DNA from: Mobula hypostoma
Lineage: Eukaryota
Direction: 5' to 3'
DNA length: 64,000 nt
Assembly: GCF_963921235.1 (NCBI RefSeq)
Contig: NC_086097.1
Coordinates: forward strand, 238,020,001 to 238,084,000
The notes under the pieces were generated by a model, which did not search any database, was not told where the DNA came from, and was given only the letters and a program-made list of their open reading frames with translations. Positions 24,505 to 36,836 of the stretch are shown here, one piece after another. Both the position numbers and the translations under genes were made by a program. The number at the start of each line of letters is the position of its first letter. Position 1 is the first letter of the stretch.

Positions 24505-25353
24505 CCCTCCGTAACAGCTATATTAAACAATCCCGCTAGGATATTAGTACCTTTTGAGTTCAGGTGTAATCCATCTTTTTTGTACAAGTCATACCTTCCC
24601 CAAAATAGAGCCCAATGATTCAAGAATTTGAAACCCTGCCCCCTGCACCAGTTACTTAGCCACACATTCATCCGCTTAATTTTGCTATTCTTACCATCAT
24701 TACCGTGCAGCTCAGGCAGCAATCATGATATTATTACTCTGGAGGTCCGGCTTTTCAATTTTCTTCCTAGCTCCCAGTAATCTTTCTTCAGGACCTCCTC
24801 TCTTTTTCTGTCTATGTCATTGGTACCAACATGTACCAAGACTTCCGGCTGCTCGCCCTCTCTCCTCAGAATACTCTGGACTCGATCCGAGACATCCTGT
24901 ACCTGGGCACCAGGGAGGCAACACACCATCTGGGTATCCTTGTCCGGCTCGCAGAATCTCTTGTCCGTCCCCCTTACGATGGAATCCCCTATAACTACCG
25001 CATTTCTTCTTGCTCTCTTGATTTTGGCACTGGGCAGAATGCCAGAGTCTCGTTCACTGTGGTCCTCCTCTGTCAGGTCTGCCTCTTCAACAGAATCCAA
25101 AACGATATATCGATTTCTGAGGGGGATTGTCACAGGGGGTGCTATCCACTACCTTTCTATAGGTAGTAACTATCACCTCCTCACTTTCCCTAATTAGCCG
25201 AAGGTCATCTATTTTCATCTCCAGCACCTTAATACAGTCCTTCAGGAGCCTCATCTCAGTGCACCTGATGCAGATGTAATCCTTGGGGAGGCTGGGAGTC
25301 TCCCAGGGTCCCCACATCTGGCTCTCCAAGCACAACACTAATCCTAGATGCAT
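24495..25353 (-). pseudogene. CR1 ORF1 (Zn finger, coiled coil, SGNH esterase), disrupted
   Basis: YICIRC, VIGDSIVR, HVGTND, DGLHLN across ORFs 25087..25386, 24723..25133, 24495..24722. Confidence 0.9.
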
Positions 25354-25522
25354 ACCTCTAATGATATTGTTTGTACCAAATACCAAAAAACTGTAACTTA
25401 CTCCGTTACTATGAGACTCAACGGTCGCAGGAAGCCTCTTTCCGTCTCCGCCGAAGCCCGTTGAGCCAAAGCCCTTTCACTCTGCACCCTCTCACTCCGC
25501 AGTCCACTGGATATGGCGGTTT

Positions 25523-25816
25523 TCTTTTTAAACTGTTCGCGCTCAACTGGCTGACGTCACACGCCTGCGCAGTCTGGCCTCTCTCCTACTCCGAGAAATA
25601 AAATGTCTTCACGCTGGAAATCCTTAGTTTCTTACTGCTGTCTTCTTGATCCAAAGAGGAAAAGTCTGCGACTTTCTTCCTCTTTTTAAACTGTTCGCGC
25701 TCAACTGGCTGACATCACGCGCCTGCGCAGTCTGGCCTCTCTCCTACTCCGAGAAATAAAATGTCTTCTCGCTGGAAATCCTTAGCCTCTTACCGCTGTC
25801 TTCTTGATCCAAAGAG
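25523..25816 (-). promoter_or_regulatory. Tandemly duplicated ~136-bp 5' UTR monomer, putative internal promoter
   Basis: Units 25523-25658 and 25681-25816; TGACGTCA (25552-25559), GCCTGCGCA, TTTAAAAAG; CCGCCAT just downstream. Confidence 0.6.
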
Positions 25817-25859
25817 CATTGTGATCAGTAAATTACTCCCTCTGACAGGCAATGGGAGT

Positions 25860-26160
25860 TCAGATGGTTCAATTTAATATCAGAGAAAATAGACAATACA
25901 CAACCTGAAATTCTTACTCTTCGTAGACATCCACCAAATGAGAAACCCCAAAGAATGAATGATAGTAATATCAGAACCCTAAAGACCCCCACCCCACTTC
26001 CTACGCACAAACAACAACATCGATCCTCCCTCCCCTCACTTGCACCAGCAGAAGCATCATCCCGCCACCCCACCCCCCACCATGCAAACTATAGAGAAAG
26101 CTCCCAAAGAAACTTCGATCTAGAGTCCATCAAATCTACAGTCCATAACCCAAGTGTCTG
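25860..26160 (-). mobile_element. Unclassified retroposon 3' part
   Basis: Reverse-complement homology to ~33890-34180. Confidence 0.6.
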
Positions 26161-26504
26161 AATCTCAGCCTCCAACTCATCAGTCTGAGCCAAAGTTCCT
26201 TGGATTACAGAGTTTTACTGCAAGTGTAATTGCTGTGGATCTGATGATTGCTCACAAGCTCAGGCTGCAACACATCACCTGCTCTGTCATGCTGGTGGCA
26301 GAATATTTGTCACTACGACCCGGACTTCACCAAAGTCACTTGCTCACCCAAATCTAGACTCCACATCCACTGCACTCAGTCGATTCTGTGCAGAAATTTA
26401 CACCGCTTCCCCCAGTTGACATAGCAGAGTCACGGATTAACTGGCCACCGTGCTTGTAAAAGATTTCTGTGTGCACACTCAGTTGCGATCCTCCAACAGG
26501 ACCA

Positions 26505-26810
26505 TAGCCTTGTTGTTGTTTGGAGACTTGTATGCCTCAATGATGCTGAGAGCTACGTTGGCTGCAGTCAAGGCATTATGCTTTGGCTCTTGGTAGGGTG
26601 AACCACCTAGTTCTAAGGCTAGCGGCCAGACTAAGAGTGATCCAACAGTCCTCCAGGTTTGAGGGTTCAGCTCAGAGCTAACAACCTTGACTGGTAAAAC
26701 AAAATTGTTACAGAAACAGTAATGAAGAATCCTTCTACATCTAAGTCTCCACTCAGGATTTGCATCATGACAGTAGTGAAAACCAGGAGGGAGTTATTGA
26801 CACAATGAAG
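26505..26810 (+). mobile_element. RTE-like 5' UTR remnant (tentative)
   Basis: GCCTTGTTGTTG...CTCAATGATGCTGAGAGCTA...TCCTCCAGGTTTGAGGGTT...GCTAACAACC resembles RTE-clade leaders; recognised by eye only. Confidence 0.4.
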
Positions 26811-26869
26811 GAAGCCCTGAACACCTCCTTCTTCACTTCCCCAAATGTCAGTGGTGTTAGAGGTCATAA

Positions 26870-27168
26870 TGCGTGTTGGCGCGTGGCCAAGTGGTTAAGG
26901 CATTCGTCTAGCGATCTGAAGGTCGCTAGTTCAAGCCTTGGCTGAGGCAGCGTGTTGTGTCCTTGAGTAAGGCACTTAACCACACATTGCTCTGCGATGA
27001 CATCAGTATGGGTCCTAATGTCCTTCCCTTGTACGACATCGGTGGTGTGGAGAGGGGAGACATGCAGCATGGGCAACTGCCAGTCTTCCCTACAACCTTC
27101 CCAGGCCTGCGCCCTGGAAACCTTCCAAGGCGCAAACATGGTCTCACAAGACTAACGGATGCCTATTA
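26870..27168 (+). mobile_element. tRNA-derived CORE-like SINE with 13-bp TSD
   Basis: A-box TGGCCAAGTGG 26884-26894, B-box AGTTCAAGCC 26928-26937, TGTGTCCTTGAGTAAGGCACTTAAC core; TTAGAGGTC(A/G)TAA at 26857-26869 and 27169-27181. Confidence 0.85.
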
Positions 27169-27838
27169 TTAGAGGTCGTAAGAAGACTCAGTTGCAATGT
27201 TGCCAACATTACAACAGTGACTACATTTCAAAAATGCTTCATTGGCCATGAAGCACGTTGGAATGTCCTGAGGCCGTGAAAAGTGCCATAAAAATTCTGG
27301 TTTGTTTTCATATCATCAGCTACATCTCATGAATTGTAATCAGTGAAGGGATATTGTTCATCAGGGAATAATTTAAAACTAATGAGTAGGACATCAATTA
27401 GGACCAGATCCAAAGAATTCAAATCTGCTGCACATCCCTGACTAGGTACAGAGCACTCACCCACAGAGACGGACTGGTTGCTCATATCTTGTGCAAGTTG
27501 GGTCTCTATAGTGTATGAGGGCTGGTGACCCTGGAGGTCGACATCCTGTGCAGTAGATCCATGCTGGCGGGAGGCACGAGGACAGGAGTCCACTCCATCC
27601 AACCCCAATTCTGCAAATTCCAGGGTCAGAGGTTCATGCCAGTTCAGAGTTCAAAGTCCTGAGATCAGCGAGAAGTTGAACTCTGAAGGTCAAAGTCGAC
27701 AAATCTCAAAGTCCAGGCCCAATGGTCAAATCCTCTGGATTGGTGCATCTAGTTGTCAGAGCCCCGATGTCTGTGAGTCTGGGTTAGGGACTGGAGGTTG
27801 AAAGCCTAGAGGCAGCCTGCTCTGGTGTTGGAGGTCTG

Positions 27839-27840
<2 letters not shown>

Positions 27841-27886
<46 letters not shown>
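27841..27886. repeat. (TG)n microsatellite
   Basis: About 23 perfect TG units. Confidence 0.97.
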
Positions 27887-27888
<2 letters not shown>

Positions 27889-28089
27889 TGAATGGATGGG
27901 TGAATGGTCGGGAGGAAAGGGATGTGCTTTGTTTTTGTTATTATTGTCGTTGCTTGGTCTGTCCTAAGGAACATTGTAGACATGCCATGTTAGTGACAGA
28001 ATGTGTGGCAACACCTGTAAGCTGCTCCCAGGGCATCCTTAGGTTTTGAGAACATGGGAGTCCTTAGTTTGTAGGAATAGTTCAGTAAT

Positions 28090-29793
28090 GGGGCAAGTGA
28101 AATTGAGTGAAGTTATTTCTTCAAGTTCTGGAGCCTGACGGTAGGGAGTTAATAACTGTTCCTGAATCTAGTGGTGTGAGTCCTGTATCTTCTTCCTGGT
28201 GTTGGGCGGGGGGGGCGGGGGGAGGAGGTGTCCCTGATGATGTATGCTGCTTTCCTGCAACAGCGCTTTGTGTAAATGTGCTCAATGGTGGTGGGGGGGA
28301 GGATTTTACTCGTAATGGACTGGGCTGTACCTGCTACTTTTTGTAGGATTTTCTGTTCAAGGGCATTGGGGTTTCCATACCAGACTGTTATGCAGCCAGT
28401 CAATATGCTCTCCACCACACATCTATAGAACGCTATCAAAGTTTTAGATGTCATGCTGAATCTTCGCAAACGCCTAAGGGAGTAGAGGCACTACCATGCT
28501 TTCTTCATAATTGCAGTTACATGCTGGGGCCACTGAAATGATAACACCAAGGAATTTAAAGTCTCTGACCCTCTCCGTCTTTGATCCTCTGATGAGGACT
28601 GGCTCCTGGACCTCCAGGTTCTTCCTCCTGAAATCAATAATCAGCTCGATGGTCTTACTGACATTGAGTAAGCGGTTATTGTGGGACCACTCAACCAGAT
28701 TTTCAATCTCTGTCATATATGCTGATTCATCACTACCTTTGTTTTGGCCTACAACAGTGGTGTCATCAACAAACTTAAAAATGGCACTGGAGCTGTGCTT
28801 AGTATAAGTATAAAGTGAGCAGGAGGTTAAGCACACAGCCTTGTGCTACACCTGTGTTGATGGAGATTGTGGAGGAGATGTTGTTGCCTATCTGAACTGA
28901 CTGGTGTCTGCAAGTGAGAAAATCAAGGATCCAGTTGCACAAGGAGGTATTGAGGCCAAGGTCTTGAATTTTATGTTTTGAGGGGATGATAGTAATTGAA
29001 CACTGAACAGCAGGTGATAAAGAGCATCCCGATGTAGGCATCTTTGCTATCCGGATGGTCCAGGGTTGAGTGAAGAGCCAATAAAATGGCAGCTGCTGTG
29101 GACCTGTTGTTCCTGTAGGCAAATTGGAACAAATCCAAGTTGCTTCTCAGGCAGGAGTTAATGTTTCATCACCATCCTCTCAAAACTCTTAGTCACTGTG
29201 GATATAAGTACTATCACATGATAGTCATTGAGGCAGGTTACTATACTTATCTTAGGCACTGATATAATTGAAACCTCCAAGAAGCAGGTGGGTTCCTCAG
29301 ATAGCGAGAGGTTACAGATCTCAGTGAACACTCCAGCCAGTCGATCAGCACAGATTGTTAGATCTTGGCCAGGTATCCCGTCTAGGCTGAATGCTTTCCA
29401 AGGGTTCACCCCCCTAAAGATTGCCCTCAGGTCGGCCTAAAAGACTGAAATCACACGATCATCAGATGCTGTGGGAGTTCGTGATGGTTTCTGCATTGTT
29501 TTGAAGGTCAAAGTGAGCATAGAAGGCATTGAGCTCATCTGCAGTGAAGCCTTGTGGTTACCCACGTCACTTGATTTCAGTCTGTCAGAGGTGATAGCAT
29601 TCAAGCCCTACTACAGCTGTTGAGCATTCTTCATTGATTCAAGTTTAGTCAGGAATTGCTAGTTTACCAGCAAGATGGCTTTCCGGAAATCCTACCTGGA
29701 CCTCTTGTAACTCTCTTGCTCACCATACTTGAATACTTTTGATCTGGCCCTCAGCAGATTGCAGATCTCATGAGACATCCAGAGTTTCTGGTT
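28090..29793 (-). mobile_element. Rex1/Babar LINE, decayed RT region
   Basis: [67 protein letters not shown]. Confidence 0.9.
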
Positions 29794-32236
29794 GTATCTT
29801 CTATCTAGTGAAAATACTCCCTCTAACTGAAGTTGTGTTATTTTGGTGTATTAATCAGTAATATGCACAGATTTGGAAGGTGGTGTTAAAATAGCCCAGC
29901 TGAGTAACTTCAGTACATTTTGTGGATGATACATATTGCACCCACTGTGCACTTATGAAGGGTGGAGGAACTCAAGATACAAGGTTTTGAATGAGATATT
30001 AAGCAAGCAAGATCCATCCTTTTTGACCATTTCCTCATCTGCTTTTCTCTGACCTACCATAGGACTCATGATTTCAGCTGCCTAGTCTGAAACTTCAAAC
30101 TTCAATATAAGTTTATTATTGAAGTACATATAGGTCGCTATATACCACCCACAACCATTTTCTTGCTGGCATCCACAGTAGAACAAAAAAAATACAATAG
30201 AATCAATGAAAAACTACACACAAAGACTGACAAACAATGAATGTGCAAAAGAAAACAATTTGTGCCAAATGCAAAAACAAATAATGATTATTATAATAAA
30301 CATATTGTGAATGAGTAGTAGCATCCAATAAATTGCCTTAAGGGGAGAAAACAGAGAACCAAGATAAACATTTCAGGTCAGAGGATAAACAACATAAACC
30401 TTTTCAGATCAGAGGGTTAATTGCTGTGTTTTTGCTGTGTACCAATGACTTGATCATGGGTATGTAGGGCAAGGTTTCAAAGTACAGTTTTTATACATGA
30501 CTGGTTGATCGGGTAAAAAATGAGGTTATGAATAACCAAATGGTTAAGAATAAGATTGTATTTTTATACTGAGGGCGCAATGGATGATCTAGTAGAAAGA
30601 CCAGATGAAATTTAATATTGAAATATGTGAAGGGATATCTTTAAGATTTATGGAGCATGCCCACAGGAAAATGAATCTCAAGGTTGTATATAGTGACATA
30701 TATAGTATGTACCATATGATAATAAATTCATTTTGAACTTTGCACTTCAGCAGAGAGATCAAAGGAACAGTCAAAACAACACATTTATAAAGGGTGACAT
30801 TGAGCATAGCGATCTAGGTATGTACATACTTCATATAACCCTCTTCATGAGGCAGAACAAAGAGAGAGTGTTGGTAAAGCCGATGAGACCTTAGACTTCC
30901 TACACAAGGACACAGAAAACAAAAGTAGTGAATTTACATTGAAGCCTTATTATACTCATCCCACATCCAATTCTGGCCACTCCATATGAGCAAGGGTGCT
31001 AAGGAGCCAAGGAGAGATTTTTATTCCAAAATTTGACAAGCTGCAGCTGAGGAAAGATGGCTCACAATGGATTTGTACAAAATCACGATGGTTATATAAA
31101 GAGAAGCTTCACCCATTTACAGATAGCTCATGTTTATAATGATGAATAATGAGAGCTGAGAAAAGTCAGTCTAAGTGAGGATTATTGTTTTTATTTAGAG
31201 TATTGTCATAATTTGAATCCCACTGCTGAAAATGGCAGAAATAGACAATAAAGATTTTCTGAAGGAACATGAAAACTTAGAGGTGACATAAAGGTGTAAT
31301 GATCCGAACTAACTGACAAATAACTGACAAATAGTTTGCTCTGAATTGATGGGCTGAATGGCCTACATCTGTGCCACAATTATTTCATGATTCTTTGATG
31401 CCCAAAATTGATAAGATCTTGCTAACTTCCAAGTTTTGTACAAGGACTATTAAAAGCAGTAAAGAACTATTTAAACCATTCACAATATATAGTAGGCAGG
31501 TACTCCAGTCTCCATCACTGAAGAGATGCATAAACACCCATCAGAGATGTGAACTTAGGAAGAAGTAGAAAAATCCATGTACTTGCCTTCTAATTAAGTA
31601 TTTTCTATTGCCAGGAAAAGGACTTTATTTTGTGTACCATTCAAAACTTCAAAATCTACAATGTATTTGCAACTGGTGAAATAATTTTGAACTCTGATCA
31701 CCATTTTAAGATTGGTAACATAGCAGCCTTTTGGAGCACAGCAAGTTATTAAAGATAACAATGACATAAATGGCCAGAAAGTTGACTAAATTTGATTCAA
31801 CAGGATATTTCTGGAATTACGGCATTTATCCCATTGAGCTGGAACATGATGATCGGTTGCTGACAGTTCTGTCGAAAACTGCAGATGATGGCCTCTTTAT
31901 GTGTCAGCTTACCTCTTGACTTCTGCACCTCTTCACTTCAGCCTGGAATTCAGAAGTGTGCTGGAGATCAAAGACCAGCAACTCCGACCTCCTGTTCAAC
32001 TGTTGCACTCAACACAGTGGCTGGGGAGTGAGCACAAACACCCCAAGCTCAGGCCAAGGTGTGTTCTAGCATCCAGTCTCTCTGCCCTTTACCATTTATC
32101 ACAGGGATATCTCATGCCTGATACTTCACATCTGAACAGGGTCACTGACTTTGATGAAAACTTGAAAGAAGAAACTATTTGTTTTAAAAGTTCGCTATTT
32201 TTAAATAAGATTATTTTTTTTCAAATATATAAGGAG

Positions 32237-34452
32237 TGAAAGAGAAGTGAGGATATCGGACTGCTGGAAAGATAGTAAAGGGGGACAAGGAAATGGCGGA
32301 TGAAATTAATAAATATTTTGCATTATTTTACTGTGTAGGATGCCAGCAGTATGACAGAAATTCAAGTGTCAGGAGGCAGAAGTGAGTGTAGTTTGAATTA
32401 AATTGAATTGACGTTGACTTACATCCTTCATATACCTGAGTAAAAATCTTTACATTACATCTCCGTCTAAATGTGTAATGTGCAATTATAGTAATTTATA
32501 ATAAATATTATGTACAACAGGACATTCAAGGTAACATAGAAATACAGTTGCATCAGCATGAATTAAGCAGTCTGTTGGCCTTGTGGAAGAAGCTGTCCTG
32601 GAGCCTGTTGGTCCTGGCTTTTATGCTGCGGTACCATTTCCCAGATGGTAGCAGCTGGAGCAGTTTGTTGGTTGGGGTGACTCAGGTCTCCAATGATCCT
32701 TCGGGCCGTTTTTACACACCTGTCCTTGTAAGCATTGCTTTTACTAAGGAGAAGGTGCTTGGGAAGCTGAAAGGTCTGAAGGTGAGTCATCTGGACCAGA
32801 TGGACCCCACCCCAATATTCTGAAAGAGATAGCTGAAGAGATTGTGGAGGCACAAGTAGCGATCCTTCAAGAATCATTAGATTCTGGAATGGATCTGGTG
32901 TACTAGGGAATCACAAGTGTCACTCATTCTATGGAAGGGAGGGAGGCAAAGGCTAGCTAGCCTGACTTCAGTGGTTGGTAAGATATTGGGGTCCATTCTT
33001 AAGAATGGGGTTTTGGGGTACTTGGAGGCACGTGATAAAATAGACCAAAGTCAGCATGGTTTTTTTAAGGGGAAATCTTGCTTGACAAATCTGTTGGAAT
33101 TCTTTGAGGAAATAACAGACAGGACAGACGAAGGAAATTCAGTAGATTTCAAAGTCAATGTTGTTTACTAGGATTTTCAGAAAGCCCTAGACATGGTGCC
33201 ACACACGAGGCTGCTAAAGAACATTAGAGCCCATGGCGTTACAGGAAAGATACTAGCATGGATAGAAGATTGCCTGACAGGCAGGAGGAGAAGACTGGGA
33301 ATAAAGTGGGCCTTTTCTGGTTGGCTGCTGGTGTCTAGTGGTATTCCGCAGGGGTTGCTGCAGGAACTGTTTCTTCTCACATTATATGTCAATGATTCAG
33401 GGTGGATGGAGATCTGCCGAAGACCCTGACTGTCAGCTTCACTCAAACTTCGGTTCTCCACAATGTTGCTTCTCACTTTCAGAGCTCACCGACTGTCTGT
33501 TTTCCGATATCGCAAGGATGCAACCAAGAAGACCAGTGTGCCTTAGGGATTCAGAGGCTTTGCAGCCCTGGGGAATAGTCAATTCTACGCCGCTGGTGCA
33601 GCTGAATGAAGTGTCGCGGGAGAAATCAGAATATTGGGAACAGCAGATCAGCTGTCAGGGGTTGTGCATTCGGATCTCCCTCCCTCCCTCCCTCTCCCTC
33701 TCTCTCGTTGGTGGGGGGAGTTTGTTGCCAAAACTCGAGTCGGAGAATTTGAAAAAAAGTGTAACACTGTAAGGCAGCAAGTTGTTTCTTTTATGTCTCA
33801 TCTCTTGCTGAGTGACACCTCTCTGCCCCTTTTATTAGGGAGAAAGAGCCTGTGGTATGTTGAATTGTTGGGTGAATGATTAGATTTTGTTTTACTGCAG
33901 ATCGTGGGCTTTCTTGGAGGCTTTGTTATCGCTTGCTTGGTGGATGGATTGTGCTGATGCTTTCTGGTGAGGTAAGAGGGGGAGGGAGCGGTAGAGTTGC
34001 TGCTTTGCTGCTGCTTGGATGTGGGGGAATAGCAGGCTTTGGGTTTCTCACATTTTTACTGTCACTCATTCTTTGGAACACCTCTGAGTTCATGGAAGTC
34101 TGCAAAGAACAAAAATTTCAGGTTGTATATCGTATACATTCTCTGATATTAAAAGTAAGGATTGAACTATTGAATTATTGAGATGGATAACAAAATTGAT
34201 GGTTTTGTGGCCAAGTTTTAAACCATATGAGGACAGGTGGAGGGGCAGGTATTGTTGAGGAAGCATGGAGTCTGAAGAAGGACTTAGATTGGGAGAATGG
34301 GCAAAGAAATGGCAGATGGAATATAGTGTAGAGAAGTGTTTGGTCAAGCACTTCGGTAGAAGAAATAAAGGCACAGACTATTTCTAAACGGGGAGCTAAT
34401 TCAAAAATCGGAAGTGCAAAGGGACCTGAGAGTCCTCATGCAGGATTCCTTG
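32237..34452 (+). mobile_element. Decayed CR1 RT region with nested Rex1 fragment (32392-32732 -) and unclassified retroposon (~33399-34181 +)
   Basis: EKVLGKLKGLK, SLTSVVGK, QHGFFKGKSCLTNLLEFFE, SGIPQG; CR1 resumes at IDGFVAKF after 34181. Confidence 0.85.
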
Positions 34453-35815
34453 AAGACAAATATCACTCCACTCTTCAAGAAGAGAAAGAGACAGTAGAAT
34501 GGAAACTATAAGCCAGTTAGTCTGACCTCAGTGGCTGGGAAGATGTTGGAGACAATTGTTAAGGATGTAGTTTCACGGTACTTGGAGGCTCATGATAAAG
34601 TAGGCCAGAATCAGCATGGTTTCCTCAAGGGAAAATTTGTTGAAATACTTATCTGGATTTTCAGAGGACCTTTGACAAGGTGCCACACATGAGGGTACTT
34701 AACAAGCTATGCGCCCATAGTATTACAGGAAAGATTCAAGCATGGATAAAGCTGTGGCTAATTGGCAGGAGGGTAAGAGTGAAAATAAAGGGAGCCTTTT
34801 CTGGCTGGCTGCCAGTAACTAGTGTTGTTCCACAGGGGTCTGTGTTGGGACAGATTCTTTTCATGTGATATGTCAATGGTTTGGATGCTGGAATTGATAG
34901 CATTGTTGGAAAGTTTGCAGACGATATGAAGATAAGTGGAGGGGCAAGTAATTTTGAGGAAATAGAAAGGCTACAAAAGTACTTAGGCATTTTTGGAGAC
35001 TGGTAAAGAAATGGCAGATGGAATATTGTATCAGGAAGTGTGTGGTCATGCACATTGGTAGGAGAAATGAAAGGGTTGACTGTTTTGTTAATGGAGAGAA
35101 GATACAAAAATAAAACACAGAGGTGCAAAGGGACTTGGGAGTCCTTGAGCAGGATTCCCTAAAGGTTAATTTGCAGGATGAGGCTGTGCTGAGGAAGGCA
35201 AATGCAATGTTACCATTCATTTCAAGAGGATTAGAATATAAAAGCAAGGATATAATTTTGAAATTTTATAAAGCAATGGTGAGCACGCGCTTTGAGTATT
35301 GTGAGCAGTTTTGGGCGCCGTATATCAGAAAGGATGTGCTGAAACTGAAACGAGTTCAAAGGAGGTTCAAAAGAATGATTCTATGATTGAATGGCTCGTC
35401 ATATGAAGAGTGTTTGATGGCTCTGGGCCTGTATTCGCAGGAATTCAGGAGAATGCGGGGTAACCTTATTGAAACCTATCAAGTGGTAAAAGGCCTTAAT
35501 AGAGTTGATGTGGAGAGGATGTTTCTTATGGTGGGAAATTCTAAGACCAGAGGACACAGCCTCAGAATAGAGGGGCATCCTTTTAGAATGGAGATGAGGA
35601 GGAATTTCTTTAGCCAAAGAGTGGTGAATCTGTAGAATCCTTTTCCACAGGCTGCTGTGGAGACCAAGTCTTTATGTACATAACATGAGAGGATAGGGGA
35701 GAAGGCAGGAGATTGGGGTTGAGAGGAATATTGGATCAGCCATGATGAAATGGCAGAGCAGACTCGATGGGCCAAATGACCTAATTTCGTTCCTATATCT
35801 TGTGGTCTTATGGTC
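34453..35815 (+). mobile_element. CR1 3' half, decayed
   Basis: VTSVVPQGSVLG, KFADD, QRDLGV, RRNFFSQRVVNL, tail. Confidence 0.9.
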
Positions 35816-36485
35816 TTAACTTGCAGAATAAGACAGTGGTAAAGAAAACAAATGCAATGTCAGCATTCATTTCAAAGAGACAAGAATATAAAAACAAGGA
35901 TGTGATGCTGAGGTTTTACAAGCCATTTGTCAGTCCAGGCTTGGAGTATTGTGGGCCTATGATCTCAGAAAAGATGCGTTCGCATTGGAGAAGGTCCAGA
36001 GGAGATTCACGAGAATGATTCCAGGAAAGAAGGGATTCACGTATGAGAAACATTTGATGGCTCTGGGCTTGTACCTGCTGGATTTTAGAAGAATGAGGGT
36101 TGATTTCCTTGAAACCTATCTTCTATTGAAAGACCAAGATAGAGAGGACATGGAGAGGAAATTTCCTATAGTGGAGGAATATAGGACCAAAGGACATAAG
36201 CTCAGAATACAAGGACATCCCTTTAGAACAGAGATGAGGAAGAATTTCTTTAGCCAGAGCGTGATGTATCCATGAATTAATTGCCACATAGAGCGGTGTG
36301 TACCATGTTATTGGTTATATTTAAAGTTGAGGTTGATAGTATCTCAATTACTAAGGGTGGTCAAAGTTACAGTAAAAAGACAGGAAAAAGGAGTTGAGAT
36401 GGAAAATAAATCAGCATTGATGGAAAGGCGAAGCTACTCAGTGGACCAAAACGCTTAATTCTGCTCCTATATTTTATGGTCTTTT
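35816..36485 (+). mobile_element. CR1 3' fragment, directly in tandem with the previous copy
   Basis: LEKVQRRFTRMIPG...RKNFFSQ. Confidence 0.88.
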
Positions 36486-36836
36486 GAATTTGATATTTAC
36501 CTTAGAATAATAGTGGCCAGAGAAAGAGAAGGAGAGTGAGAGTGAGACAGACAGGCTGTGTGAGCTTACTCGTGCATGTGGTAATATATGTGTGTAAACG
36601 AAACAGGCATCAACAGAAAGCCACATCAAGTGAGCTCTAGAAACTTGGTGTTTTCATTTTCCTTGATGTGGAATAAACTGCTTTTGCAGCAAAATGGCTG
36701 TGATAAAACAAACCTATCTCAAAGAAGACAACAGGTTAAAGATAAATATATAAATTAAAAATTAGGGAGTTTTGGCTTAGATCTTCAGACAATCTATGGA
36801 TGATTTCACTGACCAAACAGAGATGAATTAGATGAA

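Larger units (their letters stand above)
21433..25816 (-). mobile_element. Full-length but mutated CR1 LINE (second subfamily) including 5' UTR
   Basis: 5' UTR, ORF1 and ORF2 pieces in order, 3' stem-loop and (TCTTGTGA)-type tail. Confidence 0.95.

Noticed and set aside
26876..26948. tRNA gene
   Set aside because: It is the head of a SINE, continuing into CORE-like sequence inside a TSD, and has no clean cloverleaf.
31804..31919. Plus-strand terminal exon candidate GYFWNYGIYPIELEHDDRLL...
   Set aside because: Weak polypyrimidine tract, no recognisable homology, and adjacent to a repeat shared with 15510-15620.
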